A stretch of 64,000 nucleotides of DNA from Macrostomum lignano (GCA_002269645.1 NIVC01000572.1:323669-387668); one strand, 5' to 3'. Positions 11,734 through 25,721 are shown, numbered from the stretch's first letter. The notes: generated by a model from the letters alone, not told the origin. Numbers and translations: made by a program.

Positions 11734-13637
11734 ATGCATGCAATGCGATTAAAACGACCGTATTATCCGCTGCTAGCAGCTCTGGCAGCTGGCTGGCTCA
11801 TGGGTGCCCTGACTGTGCTGCTGCTACTGACTGAACGCGAGGTTGACCTGGTGCCACCTATGCCTGACGACGAGGCGGTCTGGCCCAGTCCAGCTATCGA
11901 TCCCGGGAACTTCAACTGCGACAACCGGCGCCGGAGGCCGCTGCAACCAACTGGCGACTTTGCCGCAGGGATGGCCTGGCAACGGATGCGTCAGAACGAC
12001 TCGATTTACTATTTCGAGCGACCGGGCAAGCTGCTGCCGATGCTGCGCCCGCTGTCCGAGAAGGAGGCCTCGGCCACCTACAGGGCCTCCGTGGCCAGGT
12101 CTTGGCTCGGCACCCAGACACTGGTGATCGCGGCCACTGTGAGAAATGGCATGCCTAACTTGGAGAACAGTTTGCAGAATATTGGCCGACTGCGGACTCT
12201 GTTCAGGCAGAGCTGGGTGCTGCTAGTTGAGAACGACTCTGATGATGGCACTAGAGAGAGGCTGCTGCGGCTGGCCAGGCTCGATCCCCGAGTCCGCGTG
12301 CTCGGTTGTGGCCAGCCTAACAGCAAATCGCCATGCCGAATGAACCAGAGATACCACAGCGGCTCGGCGCACAGGCCCGGCTCCAATATGGAGAGGACAA
12401 TTGAGGAAGAGGTGCTCTTCGCCTTGCCGCATCTTTTATCCCGTAGGGAAAGGGTTGGTGATAAAAGATTCTGGGGTTTTTCACTCTAGAGGATGTTGAG
12501 GTCGGTCTCTTGATGCTATGGTGTCTAGAGTGATGCTATAGTGTCTAGAGTGATGCTATGGTGTCTAGAGTGATGCTATAGTGTCTAGAGTGATGCTATG
12601 GTGTCTAGAGTGATGCTATAGTGTCTAGAGTGATGCTATGGTGTCTAGAGTGATGCTATGGTGTCTGGAGTGATGCTATGGTGTCTAGAGTGATGCTATG
12701 GTGTCTAGAGTGATGCTATGGTGTCTAGAGTGATGCTATGGTGTCTAGAGTGATGCTATGGTGTCTAGAGTGATGCTATGGTGTCTAGAGTGATGCTATG
12801 GTGTCTAGAGTGATGCTATGGTGTCTAGAGTGATGCTATGGTGTCTAGAGTGATGCTATGGTGTCTAGAGTGGTGCTATGGTGTCTAGAGTGATGCTATG
12901 GTGTCTAGAGTGATGATTCACGGTCTCTAAAAAGTTGATGTCTATAAAGGGATGCTAGGGTCTTTAGTTTAGAGTTTGATAGGGTCTCTGGAGGGATGCT
13001 AGGGTCTCCAAGCGATGCTAAGAGGGTCTTTAAATCTCTAAAACTGTACATGTATTACAGAGGTAAGAATTTTTGTATCCCGGTTTAGATCGATCGCGGC
13101 CTGATCATGTCCGTCCTGCGCAACGAGTACCTGAACCACGCGTACAAACACCTGGGCAGCAGTGCTGACTTTCTATTGATAATCGATCCAGATTTAGCCT
13201 GGCACAGCTGGAACCTCAACAGCATTCTGCAAGGTCTGTACTACTTCAAGACGCGGCCGAAGCTGCAGCAGATGTGCGCTAGCACGGTCAGCTTATACGA
13301 TGGCAAACTGTACGACCCTTGCACGATTAACTTCTACAACAACAAGCGCTACGGCGAGGACACAAAGTATCCCTACGTAGACATCGAAAAGTCCATCTTA
13401 AAAGGGCCAAGGGACCTGCCACCAGTCAAGACTGAGAGCTGTTTTCAAGCGTTCTCGTTCTACCGATTCTCTGTGCTGCAATCGCGGAGGCTGCAATACG
13501 AGAGGAGCCACGGCGAGTGGATGTGCGAGCACAACACCCTGTCCAGGCAACTGGACGAGGTGTACCTGGACCCGCAGATGCGACTTGGAGTGTCGGACAG
13601 TGCGAATTACTATGTCTTAAACAGGAATCTGTTTTAA
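11734..13637 (+). CDS. Type II membrane GT-A-fold glycosyltransferase (CAP59/GT69-like or GT2-like); exons ~11734-12411 and 13089-13637
   Basis: N-terminal TM anchor (LLAALAAGWLMGALTVLLLL), LVIAATVRN, VLLVENDSDDGT, LIMSVLRNEYL and a DxD-like LIIDPD. Acceptor tttag| at 13088 is in phase 0. The donor at 12412 (gtgctc) is weak, so the junction is tentative. Confidence 0.7.
12515..12915. repeat. 20-bp intronic minisatellite (gtgtctagagtgatgctatg)
   Basis: Direct reading, ~20 near-perfect copies. Confidence 0.95.
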
Positions 13638-14794
13638 GGCAGATCGGCTTTTCATTTGACAGATCTTGTAGATCTTGTCACTGTAAGAAATTTGTGTCTG
13701 GTCTGTACCTACCCACAGAATATTAAAAATAGACAAAGTAACCTGTTGTAAGCTGAGAGTGACTGAGTGAGTGGCCCCTGAGTGACTCCTTTCTTTTCTC
13801 TTCTTTCCTCTCTCACCTGGCCCGCCATTAGCTGGATTATTTATTTGGCCCTTGCTTGAAGTAAACATTTTGCCGAGCCCAGGCTTAAGTAAGGCGTAGT
13901 TCTGTTTCCTTTAGACACAGGCAGTCAAGGCAATTTGTCCGTCTTTTAATGAGTGACAAATGCAAAGCTACTGTAAAATGATTAATCGATTCAAAGGAAT
14001 CAAAAGTTCGAGAAATAGGATTCGCGTCGTGCCACGGCTAACAATTGTGCTTGACACGCTTGCTTCATTTAGAATTTGAAGTAACTTGCACTGAATGTAA
14101 CTCGTGTAGCTATATTTGTTATTGTAAATCTCTGCTTTTAATGCGCACTGCCCTATTTAAGAACGCAATGCTTCCTTGAGGAAATCTTTATCAAAACATT
14201 GAAGTAACTGGTAAGACTGCTATTTAATTTTTTGAGTTTCAATACTCACAATAAATTAATATTGATGGCTATTAGAAGTTTGAATTTAATAAGACAGGCC
14301 ATGTGAATACATTGCTAATAATAAACTGTATTCTGTATATACTGCAAAACAAATGATAATAACAATATGCAGACACAGCAAAGCAAAACAGCAGCACATG
14401 ATGAGCAGCAGTTTTAACAACTTAAAGTACTACTTAATAAAAAAGCAAAGCTCAATAAAGCATATCATAGAATAAAGATTAATTATTGCACCAACCACAG
14501 ATGCTAGAATACCTAAATGTCACTCAAAAATGCGCTAATCTTGTCTTTGTTTCAATACCAACAATCTACTATGGCTTTCTACAAGCAGACGCATTAAATT
14601 AGCGTATTCATCTTGCTTTACCCACTCTAGGCTGCATTAGGCTCGAAATCATTTAACAGAAATCAATTAAGGACTGAAGATTGGGCCTAGCTATCAAGAA
14701 AAAGGGGGTGGCGCTTGAGACACCAGCCAGACCGATAAATAATTGGGATTTTCTCTTGCAAGCGTGTCTGACATTGACCTCTTTTCTTACAGCT

Positions 14795-15065
14795 ATCTTA
14801 TTGGCTGAGCTAGATTGGGCCAGCCCCTAGACTGAGTTTCGTCCGTCTTGACTTCCCCTCTCTCCTTACTGCTCTCTCATTGGCTGAGCTAGATTGGGCC
14901 TGCCCCCCCTAGGCTGAGTTTCGTTCGTCTTGACTTCCCCTCTCTCCTAACTGCTCTCTCATTGGCTGAGCCAGATTGGGCCTGCCCCCTAGACTGAGTT
15001 TCGTCCGTCTTGACTTCTCCTCTCTCCTTACTGCTCTCTCATTGGCTGAGCTAGATTGGGCCTGC
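14795..15065. repeat. ~80-bp tandem repeat, ~3.3 copies, with ATTGG (CCAAT) boxes
   Basis: attggctgag recurs at ~14800, 14880, 14961 and 15040. Confidence 0.85.
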
Positions 15066-15559
15066 CGAAGCCTGAGACCACAAATCCGAAAGGAAAGATT
15101 TCTAGCTGACACATTGAATTTCTGCGCAGATAGACTACTGAAAAAGAGTAGACGCTCAAATTTTTACCAGATTAAATTGTGAGTGACCATATCCAGTTTA
15201 TTCTGGTTTCTCTGGCACCAAAGGAAGTACTTAATAAAGACAGGCGAAAATCAGCTATCAATAAAAAGTACACACAAAAAGAGCCAATACAACCATATGT
15301 TGAAAAATTTTCGGCTAATTCTTATGTAATGAAAATATTAAAGTGTCAAAAACTGCAAAACTATATTTATTATTATTACAAAGATGAGATTAAAAGCAGG
15401 CTGACAGCGACTGAAAAAATTAAATAAATAAACTAACACCGAGATTAAGGTAGGTTGAAGACAAGGATATGAACTATTAAGTGTAAATAAATAAGTCTAA
15501 TATAATCTGATCTGTATATTAGACATAAGTTTCTAGGGCATAGTGGATTTGGAGGCAAA

Positions 15560-16300
15560 TATGATGGGGGATTAATGGGGCGGGTGGATCAGATGGTGGA
15601 TTAAAGGAGGGGCGGATCAGATGGTGGATTAAAGGAGGGGCGGATCAGATGGTGGATTAAAGGGGGGCGGATCAGATGGTGGATTAAAGGGGGGCGGATC
15701 AGATGGTGGATTAAAGGGGGCGGATCAGATGATGGATTAAAGGGGGGCGGATCAGATGATGGATTAAAGGGGGCGGATCAGATGGTGGATTAAAGGGGGC
15801 GGATCAGATGGTGGATTAAAGGGGGGCGGATCAGATGGTGGATTAAAGGGGGGCGGATCAGATGGTGGATTAAAGGGGGCGGATCAGATGGTGGATTAAA
15901 GGGGGGCGGATTAGATGGTGATTGGTGGATTAAAGGGGCGGATCAGATGGTGGATTAAAGGGGGGCGGATCAGGTGGTGGATTAAGGGGGGGGGGCGGAT
16001 CAGATGGTGGATTAAAGGGGGGCGGATCAGATGGTGGATTAAAGGGGGGCAGATCAGATGGTGGATTAAAGGGGGGCGGATCAGATGGTGGATTAAAGGG
16101 GGGCGGATCAGATGGTGGATTAAAGGGGGCGGATTAGATGGTGATTGGTGGATTAAAGGGGCGGATCAGATGGTGGATTAAAGGGGGCGGATCAGGTGGT
16201 GGATTAAAGGGGGGCGGATCAGATGGTGGATTAAAGGGGGGCGGATCAGATGGTGGATTAAAGGGGGGCAGATCAGATGGTGGATTAAAGGAGGGCGGAT
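15560..16300. repeat. ~27-28-bp minisatellite (ggcggatcagatggtggattaaagggg)
   Basis: Direct reading. Confidence 0.95.
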
Positions 16301-16619
16301 CAAATCTCAGATTAGATAAGAAGGCGGACAGAAAATTGAAGCCAGGCCAGCAGCTGCAGAAAGGCGACTCTAATAAGCCAATAAAAATGAATTTATTAGA
16401 CAGAGAAAATTTCATGTCACATTAAGAAAACTATTCTTAACAGATAAAAACTGATAACAAACGAGCTGGCGTAATGCGAGTGAATTGCACAATAACTTGA
16501 TATAAACAAATAACAATAAAGATACGAAAGACATTAATAATAAGACATTAATGTAAAAACAACAGAGTTGCCAAGCAAACTGCAAACTAATCCAGTGACA
16601 TTTCTAGCAATCAATCACA

Positions 16620-19454
16620 CCAGCAGCTGACGGGTGAGCAGACTTTTCCTTTGTTCTCTAAACTGATCGCCCACCTCGAAATCTTCTCTGCTGACTGAGT
16701 CATCGCCAGATTGGTCAGCCGGAGATGAAGAAGGAAGCTGAGAAAATCGCTGCTGCTGCTGCTGCTGAGATGCCTCGTTTGAGCTGACGGATCTGCCAGT
16801 CGGGCCGAGCTGACATTCAAAGTTATTATCAAATGGCTCGTTAATGGGGATATTCGATGAGAACGGGATATCACTAAATAGGGATATTTAAGAATGAGAT
16901 ATCTGTAAATGGCAATATTTGAGGAGAATGGGATACATGTAAATAGGGATATTTGACAATGGGATACCGGTAAATAGGGATATTTGACAATGGGATATCG
17001 GTAAATAGGGATATTTGACAATGGGATATCGGTAAATAGGGATATTTGACAATGGGATATCGGTAAATAGGGATAATTTCAGAGAACGGGATATCGATAA
17101 AATGGGGATATTTGAGAATGGGATATCGGTAAATGAAGATATTTGAGAATGGGATATCAGTAAGTGGAGGATATTTGAGAATGGGATATCAGTAAGTGGA
17201 GGATATTTGAGAATGGGATATCGGTAAATGAAGATATTTGAGAATAGGATATCAGTAAGTGGGGGATATTTGAGAATAGGATATCAGTAAGTGGGGGATA
17301 TTTGAGAATGGGATATCAGTAAGTGGGGGATATTTGAGAATGAGATATCAGTAAGTGGGGGATATTTGAGAATGGGATATCAGTAAGTGGGGGATATTTG
17401 AGAATGGGATATCAGTAAGTGGGGGATATTTGAGAATGGGATATCAGTAAGTGGGGGATATTTGAGAATGGGATATCGGTAAATGGGGATATTTGAGAAT
17501 GGGATATCGGTAAATGGGGATATTTGAGAATAAGATATCAGTAAGTGGGGGATATTTGAGCAGAATAGGACATCCGAAAAATGCTCACAGTAAGTGAGTT
17601 ATAGCTAGCCGACTCGTCCAGTTCGCTGATTGAGCCAACACCGCCGCGGTTGCGCAGGGCTCGCAGGAACAAGCCGGCCACTTGGAAAACGTTCTTACCA
17701 ACGCAATGGTCACAGAGGACGCAGGCCAATAGCAGGCCCCAGCACAGTAGCACAGTTAGGCCACTGAGCGCTTGCAGAGCGGTAAGCAGCTGCCTTGGTT
17801 GCGGCTGAGTCCATGACACCGCCAGCGGCGGCAGAGCGACTGAGTGCAGCAGCAGACACAGCAGGCAGTGGCAGCGGTACATGCGCAGCTAATGGGGGGG
17901 GGACGAATTCGGGGCCATTGCGTACTTTGTTTTAATTCCACTAACAGCAGATGCCTAGCTGTCTTTGTTAGAAAATTTATATAAGAAAAAACTCACAGCA
18001 ATGGTTCTCGAGGTTCGCGCATAGCTCAAAGCCAAAATACTTAATAGTAACATCTGAAGAAGTAGAAGAGAAACAGATCGCAAAAAAGTTATTAGGCGAC
18101 TCTAGCGACTTTGGGGCGACTCTAGCGACTTGCGAGTTGCTGGATCGTAAGTAGCGAAAAATTCGTCATAGAGTGGTTGTGTTAGCGCTTACTCGCTTCT
18201 GCTAACTCAAGTAGACTAAATAGAGTTGTTTTCTAGAGTCACTGAATCGCAAAACTTCCGGGACCAATTTTGGTGCTCAAGCCCCCAATGAATGTGGAAT
18301 CACAAGAGAAGTTGAATTTGTGAGCGGCTTACTCCAAGTAACTCAAGACAATCCGAATAAGCGGGTCTTATTCAACCTACCAAAATTGCGCACCACAATG
18401 GGAAGCCAAAGGCGCCTGACACATCAAACGCTGACCAATTAACGTTCACTACAGTCGTATTAGCCTCACTAATCCGATTCAGTTCGTTAAAACTATTAGC
18501 CCGAATGGCAACGCTGGCAGACCAGAAGCTAAAGCCAATCAGAGCCAAACACAGCTGCATCCAGCCTAGCAATGGAGGCACCCGCGATCCAACCCGAGAC
18601 CCGATTATCAATAAGCTGTCATCGTCAATATCGCAGTCGCCGCTATTGCTGGAACTGCGCCATAGCCGGTATGGCTGGTGCGACGACTGCTGCTGAGATG
18701 GCAGCTCGTGAGCAGGCAAAAACAGGACATCCTCCGGCTGATGCTCCTGAAAATTCCAAATCTAAGAATCATATCCAGCCAAAACAGAATGCAAACAAAG
18801 GTGTAAAAGCACCTGCAAATTTTATAACCAAACTCAAGTTCTTTTTTTAATTCCTGATATTTAAAAAGGCTCAAGATTTTTGCATGTATTCTGAAATCTG
18901 AGGCCATAGTCAAACAAAAACTTGTTAATAGTTAGTAGGATAGAGGTAAACATAAAATGGAGTACAATCATGTAAAATTAGGATTTGAGGCAAACATTTG
19001 ATATTGTTGGCTGGGGTACCGCGCAGAATATCAGGCATTGGCAAACTCTGGCCTCTGTCTCTGACTCTCCCTAAGTCCCTTGGATCCATTGCAACTTTTG
19101 TCTTCTTTTCTGTTCCCTCTTCTCTCTCGTCCCTTGCCTCTCCTCTCTTTTCTCTCATCTCTCCTTTCTTCTCTTTTATCTCTTCTCAATTCTCTCTGCT
19201 CTCTTTACTCTCTCTCCCCTCTTCTCACTCCTCACTCTCCGCTCTCTCAACACTTCCCTAATCTCTCCTCTCTCCTTTCTACAATCATCTCTCTAATCTC
19301 GATCCTCTCTCCTATCTATTCTTTACCTATTTCGTCTCATCTCTTCTCTCTCATCTCTAATTTGTACTCTTCTATTTATCATCTCTCCTCTCTTCTATTC
19401 TCTCTACTTTCTCTTCTTTACTCTCTTATCTCTTAACTCTCTCGTCTCTACTCT

Positions 19455-19549
<95 letters not shown>

Positions 19550-20143
19550 ACTCTCCCATCTCTCGTCTGTTCACTCTTGTCTCTGCTCTCTTATCTCCCC
19601 TCTCTTATCTGTCATCTTTACTCTCTCTCTGTTCTCTCACCTCTCTCCTCTGTACTCTTTTCCCCCCTCTTTTGACTCCTCTCTTTCCTTTCTCCTTTCT
19701 TCTCTTCTCTTCCCTCTTCTATATTCCCTCCCTCTCGTGTCTCCTTTCTTCTCTCTCCACCCTCCTCTCTCCTCATTCAGTTCTCATCTTTCATTTATCA
19801 TCTCTCCTTACACCTCTCTCATCTCTACAACCTTATCTCTTCTTTCTTCCCCTCTCATCTCTCCTTTCACTTCTTTCCTCTCTCCCCTCTTCGCTCTCCC
19901 TCTTATCACATCTACTTTCTCCTCTCGCCCCTCTTTTCTTTATCCCTCCTCTCCCTCCCTTCTTCTCTCCCCCTTTTTCTCACTTTTCTCCTCCCTCTTC
20001 TTCCCGCCCCTCTCTCATCGTCCTCATCCCTTGTCTCTCCTATTATATTCTATCTTTTCTCTTATCCTTTTCTCGCCTCTCATTTCTTTTCTAATCGTCT
20101 ATTCTATTCCTCTTCTTTCCACTCTCACCTGCCCCTCAACCAT
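16620..20143 (-). CDS. Putative four-TM membrane protein, MS4A/CD20-like; proposed exons 20129-20143, 18381-18746, ~17590-17888, ~16620-16811
   Basis: Phase-0 junctions cag|gtgaga, ttttcag|, ttg|gtaggt, cattag|, act|gtgagc and tgtcag|. Hydrophobic segments LLGWMQLCLALIGFSFWSASVAI, AFGFPLWCAIL, CLLCLLLHSVALPPLAV and LQALSGLTVLLCWGLLLACVLC, then a polar tail ending RKSLLTRQLLV*. A small exon may be missing after TM2. Confidence 0.5.
16850..17560. repeat. ~30-32-bp intronic minisatellite (gggatatcagtaagtgggggatatttgagaat)
   Basis: Direct reading. Confidence 0.9.
19085..20120. repeat. CT-rich low-complexity tract including a (CT)n microsatellite at ~19463-19542
   Basis: Direct reading; lies in intron 1 of the putative membrane gene. 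Confidence 0.9.
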
Positions 20144-20849
20144 GAGCTGGATTCTTTGGAGGTCTGGAGGTAAAAAGTCTGACCATCCCTGCTTGGAAAG
20201 CCAGTTTGTGGGACGTAGTAACTCTCATGATTGTTCTCATGCTTTGATCATGCCATCTTTCTGGCCAATTCGCAATCCTGAAAGGAATTTGTGTATCTTC
20301 AGCCCCACTGCAGTCATCAGTCTAACAACCAAGGAAATACGCATTTCTTAGGCCATTTAAATTTTAAAGTACCTTTAAGAGAAACTTAAATTTTCCATGG
20401 TGTGACTAATTTAGTAGGATTTCATAAATTTCATAAATCGCTTTTTCATAAATCTTTCACTTTTACAAACCATGCTGGATTGGATTGCCTTGATTTGCCA
20501 TCCACTGATAAACTGCATGGCTGCTAAACGTAGCCTCTCCACTCGCGGGGTGCAGAGAAGGCTTTAAAAATTTATTCCAAAACACTGTACATTTGCTATG
20601 TACACTGAGCCCTATCGCCTGACCCTTTGTCTGAGCTGGGGGGATTCGGGGGAATGAGTGAGTGAGTGGCACAAACAACAAAAAGCAGACAAACTTCACA
20701 TGCTTACAGTTTCTGTTCTGATTGAGTTACAGAGTTGAAACTTTACATTAAGACAGAGACAGTCAATGAAAAATTGTGTCAAGTTTTAAGTCAATTGCTT
20801 TATGTGGACTAAACTTATGGAAGCTGAAAGTTAGTCAATTTTAAAACCC

Positions 20850-21315
20850 CTTTTACACATCTGGGCCCAGATCGGGAAAGAGGCAGGTGGGCAGAGGTTG
20901 GGGTGGCTGTCTTGTTGACAAAAACAGCCTACAGCGCTGTAAAGTGCACAGCGCTGTTCAAGATTAACTTTGAGACTCGACATTTTACACCATTGTGTCA
21001 AAATAGTTGAAAATTGTCCATGTCAAATTTGAAGAGGATTGGTGGAAGTGGAGCCGCACTATGGAGGATTTAGTGAAAAATTGCACATTTTGAGCAGTTT
21101 TTTGCACTTTTAGGTAGGAAGACTTAAGTTTAGGAAATTTTAAAGTAGCCTAAGACATTCTCCATAGTGAGTTTAGGGTGGGTGCATAATTAGTGCAATT
21201 TGGTTGAGCAGTTTGGGAGTCCATAGCGAATGAAATTATCCACAGATTGACAGACACACACACACACACACACACACAGATACACACAGAGTTTTGATTT
21301 TTATATGTAGAGATA
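20850..21315 (+). mobile_element. Possible non-autonomous Helitron/Helentron-like element
   Basis: 3' part caatttggttgagcagtttggga...cagacacacacaca...ttttatatgtagagat follows the general layout of HINE-type elements (microsatellite, then a TATA..GAT end). The 5' end is undefined. Confidence 0.35.
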
Positions 21316-24300
21316 AATAGATTTTATGACTTCTAATGACTACTAATCATTGCATAAAATATGACAAAAACAATATTGTTTTGTATTTTATCATATGGGT
21401 AGTTGTACTTGATATTGATATTGTTATAATAAATTTCTAATTAAGTTATTCTTAAGCATGTGAAATAATTTTGTGCATTTTTTGTATATGTATGCAATAC
21501 AAAATTGACCTATTTTAGGAAATAAAAAAAGAGACAAATAGAAAGAAATAGAAAAAAGAAATTGTTAAAGAAAACATAACAATAAGCAATAAAAAAAGGA
21601 AAAACCAAAATAGTTAGGCCTATGTAAACTATTGATAAACTAAGTCATTTTTATCTTAAAACTAAATAGCACAGCCAAACTATATACTAATTTTGTGCTA
21701 TTGTCTTTTTGTTGTTGATTTTCTTGACTTGAGAACCATCTGGCCAAAAAATTATTTATATGAATCCTATATACCTTAAAATCTTAGCAATTCTCCCTAA
21801 GCTTTGATATCTTAACAACTCCCCTAATAAGCCGTGGCTGTGGCATACAATAATTATAGTCATTTTAGCAACAATTTTTGGTAACATGTTTTTAAAAGAA
21901 GCAAAAATCACTCCAATGACAAAAATATTACCTTTTGGTAATAGCCATTGTGGCTTCAACTAAAAATTATCTTGCTAATCTTAAGTAAGTGATATGAAAC
22001 CTAAAATTGCAGAGGCTTGCTAAAATGGCATTAAGTGTCATTTTATTTAATTTTACTTATTTATTATTACAGAGTTGTGATCTTTTGTATTAGTTAAATT
22101 GGCCAATTTTTTGAGCATTTCTCCATGCTTATTTGGAAGGCATTTTGAATATATAATTCTTTTGATAGAATTTTTCAAGTATATAAATTATAAATCTTAA
22201 AATAACTATAAAGTACAAATATTATAAAGTGCCTTCTACCACAAAAATGACCAACTTATCCAAATCTTACATTTTTTATCAAAGGTAAACTGTCTGTCAT
22301 CCCTATTAGAATAAGTCTTCATTTTTGTATCTAGCATACCTAAGAAAATGTAATAGGTGCAAACTTGGGCAGATTTACATATGCATAGGCACATGCATAT
22401 CTAAAGAATAGATACATATGCATATCAGCATAATGTGCATCTGCATGCACATAAGCTAATGACCTATGTGCACAAATGAATATATGTGTATATAAGCAAT
22501 ATATTACCAATTATATTGATAATTTAGTTATTAATTAATTTTTTAACTATTAGTTTTAGGCTTACTAATAATAATGATGATAACAATCAATTATACTCGC
22601 CCTAATTGAGCCAGATATGCAGCTGACAGCTTAGCTATAGCTATTATATGGCAAATCTGAAGGCTGTATATAGTTATTTAGTCAAGGACTAAGGCTAGGA
22701 GTTGCTATACACTTTTAATTATCCTAGGCCTAGCTAATACTAATACTTTATAGCTAAGTGAACTGAAGCAATATAGAGTTAAGCATCATGCTCAAAGACA
22801 CTACTGTTTTAGTGGGATAGGATCCCAAATTGAATTTCCTAACTTTCAAGTTTAGGCCTAGGATTGTATAATAATATATGTTGGAAAGAAATCTGCAAAG
22901 CTAATAATTATGTATGCCAATAGACTTATATTGCATACAAGAATATAGCAAGACAAAAACAAAAACAACAACCTAAATTTTAAACTTGCAATGCAAACAT
23001 TAGGGCTTAAATATATGCAAAAATAGATTAATAAAAACTTTTTTATTAATCTATTATAAATCTATTATTAATTAATAAGAACTATTTTTGTAATATAATT
23101 AGGCCCATTTTTGTTACCAAGAAATACCAATTCAAGGCTTCTCTATATACTAATTTTTATACTAAGGTCCAATGGCTATCTTCTCGAAATGTTTGTTTAA
23201 TTCCAACCCCCAACCCCCCCCCCCCCCACCACCCTTGAATAGAGGACGAAATAATTCTGGAAATAACTAAACGAACAATTTGAGAAGATTGCCGGTCCAA
23301 TCATATGCCTAATGCTAGATCATTCTAATTTATATACTCATTTCTTGTGTATATATAGCCCTAATCCTTAGTTTGGTCTAGGTTATAAGCCCAATATTCT
23401 AACAAACTAGGCCTATTAAGCTAGGCCTACTAGGCTACTACATCTTACTTACAATGTACTTCAAGTAAGGTCTGCTTGATCTTTGTTAATTTTTTTTAAA
23501 TATTAAATTTCTTTACTGGCTTTAGAATAAAGCAATTTCCTAACCTTAATAGGCCTATATGCTATAGTTTGGAAGGCAACATGCTAGGATTTCCTGGCAT
23601 ACAACAATGGTCTTACTATTTTTCAGTATACATCACGGTATATCCCAACGTACAATCGTACATGACATAGTAGATATATTGAATCTGCATTTTTGAATTG
23701 GCGCACAAACCCAGCATACAAATGATGTCTTGTCATTTTTACAGCTTTAAACCTGGTATACACTAATAAATACACAATACAAACAATGACATATATATAC
23801 CTTATTAGTTTGGAAGGCAATATGTATAAACGGACGAGCACTTTGTAAGCTGTTGAAAAACCTGCGGATCTTGAACGATGCTCTTACAAGCGGAAAATAA
23901 ACAAAAAACTTTGTTGAATTTCTCATGGCGCACTAAAAAATGCCATACGACAAAAACTAGCAAACGTGATACCTATTATCGCTCTGATTTGTTTATATAG
24001 CTAATAATTAATATTTATGTTTCCGGTGTTTTTAATTCTTAAATACAAACGGTTTTGTGACAGTATAATTCGTAATTTCGTAGAAGCATCTGTATCGTAT
24101 TTCTTTATCTCACTTGCATACCGTACTACTAACTGTATTCTTTCATTTATTTTAACAATATTCCATACGTATTATTATCGCGCTTCTGTTACTGGCAAAT
24201 GCCTTATTTTTTGTAGCCTCGTATGTATTTATTCTATATTTGTATTTCATTCATATCGTTATTATTTCTCGTAAAGTACTTCCATCACTGACGTTATGGT

Positions 24301-25550
24301 ATTCTTGCACGATATATTTTATCGATTAATTTGTACATGTACATTGCACGTGGGGGGGGGCAATTGTCTGGGTTTTGGAGGGGTGTTGTTGTTATCTGTT
24401 TACCTACCAATTAATTAAGTGGCAAGTCACATTCCAAACTGCAAAGCGAGCGAGACACATTTTAGTACCACAATAGAACACGAGATTCTGTTTAAATATA
24501 TGCTTATACTGCAGTCAGCGGCCGCTCTCGCCCTTCCCTCCCTCGTTGCTTCGCTTCTCGCTCTAGGCCACAGATACTAGAACAACTAGTTCTAGTTCTA
24601 GTATCTGTTCTAGTTGTTCTAGTATCTGTGGTTCTGCCTCAGAGGAGGCAGCTGGGTCCTGGCGCACGTGATTCCCCATAAACACGAGCCCAGCGTACAA
24701 TGATAAAATCATTGCACTTTGGACTAAAGAAGGAAGAGGGCCCATCATATGACTAGCTCACATGACAGGGGGAAAAGGCCCACAAGTGAAATCACTCGTG
24801 CCCTTGAGACCGGAAAACAGGAAGGCACTCCAAATTTGGAGGTGCCTAACAGAGAACGAAACAGATCGAGGCACGCCCAGACCAATTGCTGTCTGGGCAC
24901 TGCAAAACGGGAACACGAGACAAAAGGGGCAAGCGAAAACAAACAGACAGACAGACAAACGGGCAAGGGACAGGCCAAAGGACAGGCAAGAAGGGACAGG
25001 CAACTGCCCAGCGGCAGACAGAAGCCTGGGGCGAGAGCGAGGTAAACAGCTGACTAGTGCGGCGTCTAACTAAACTAGCGACTCACTACACATGTACATT
25101 TTTACATACATGTAAGAAATTGTTTGTTTTGGTGTTACATGTAAATTAAAAACACATATTTTAGCTATCTACATGTACACTCCCAAGTTCCTACTAAAGT
25201 TAATAAGGCTAAAATAGGCTGTTCTTTGTTGCTGATTCTGTGGCAATTGTTTATCGATCCAGGCGTACTCATTTTAGTATATACAACATGTAAATTTACT
25301 GAGTTGTTTGTGCTTAGCGCAATAGCTAATGTTTGAGCCAACTCTGATTTACAGTACAGTATACGATCACCTGGCACTTCGACGCAAATTGAATAACTAT
25401 AGTCTGAAAAAGTACTGTTGCATGACCTTTATAGTCTGATTATAGTTATAGTTTTTAGATTTTTATTTATTAATATTTATTTTAACAGGCATCTACTTGT
25501 AACATATAACATTGTATATACTACATGTGATTGTAAGGACTGTGTTGTAA

Positions 25551-25662
25551 GGCTCATTCACACCGCCATCAAAAAGGCCAAATTTCGTGTGATCACTTGT
25601 ACACCAATTCAAATTTCATCCTTCTGCACAAATTGGTTGTGTGATGGCGGTGTGAACGGGGC
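25551..25662. mobile_element. ~112-bp MITE with PIF/Harbinger-like TIRs
   Basis: ggctcattcacaccgccatca vs tgatggcggtgtgaacggggc. A one-ended relative occurs at ~56090-56139. Confidence 0.6.
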
Positions 25663-25721
25663 TTTTTAGTGTGTTTTAATAAATCAGAAATAATCTCCAA
25701 TGGTAAATATTTAGTTGGCAA

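Noticed and set aside
15915-16425. WWIKGG / GG-rich ORFs
   Set aside because: Minisatellite translations.
19080-20351. Long L/S-rich ORFs
   Set aside because: CT-rich low-complexity intron.
24563-25073. Cluster of short ORFs that could be a retroelement remnant
   Set aside because: No recognisable gag, RT or integrase motifs and no defined termini.
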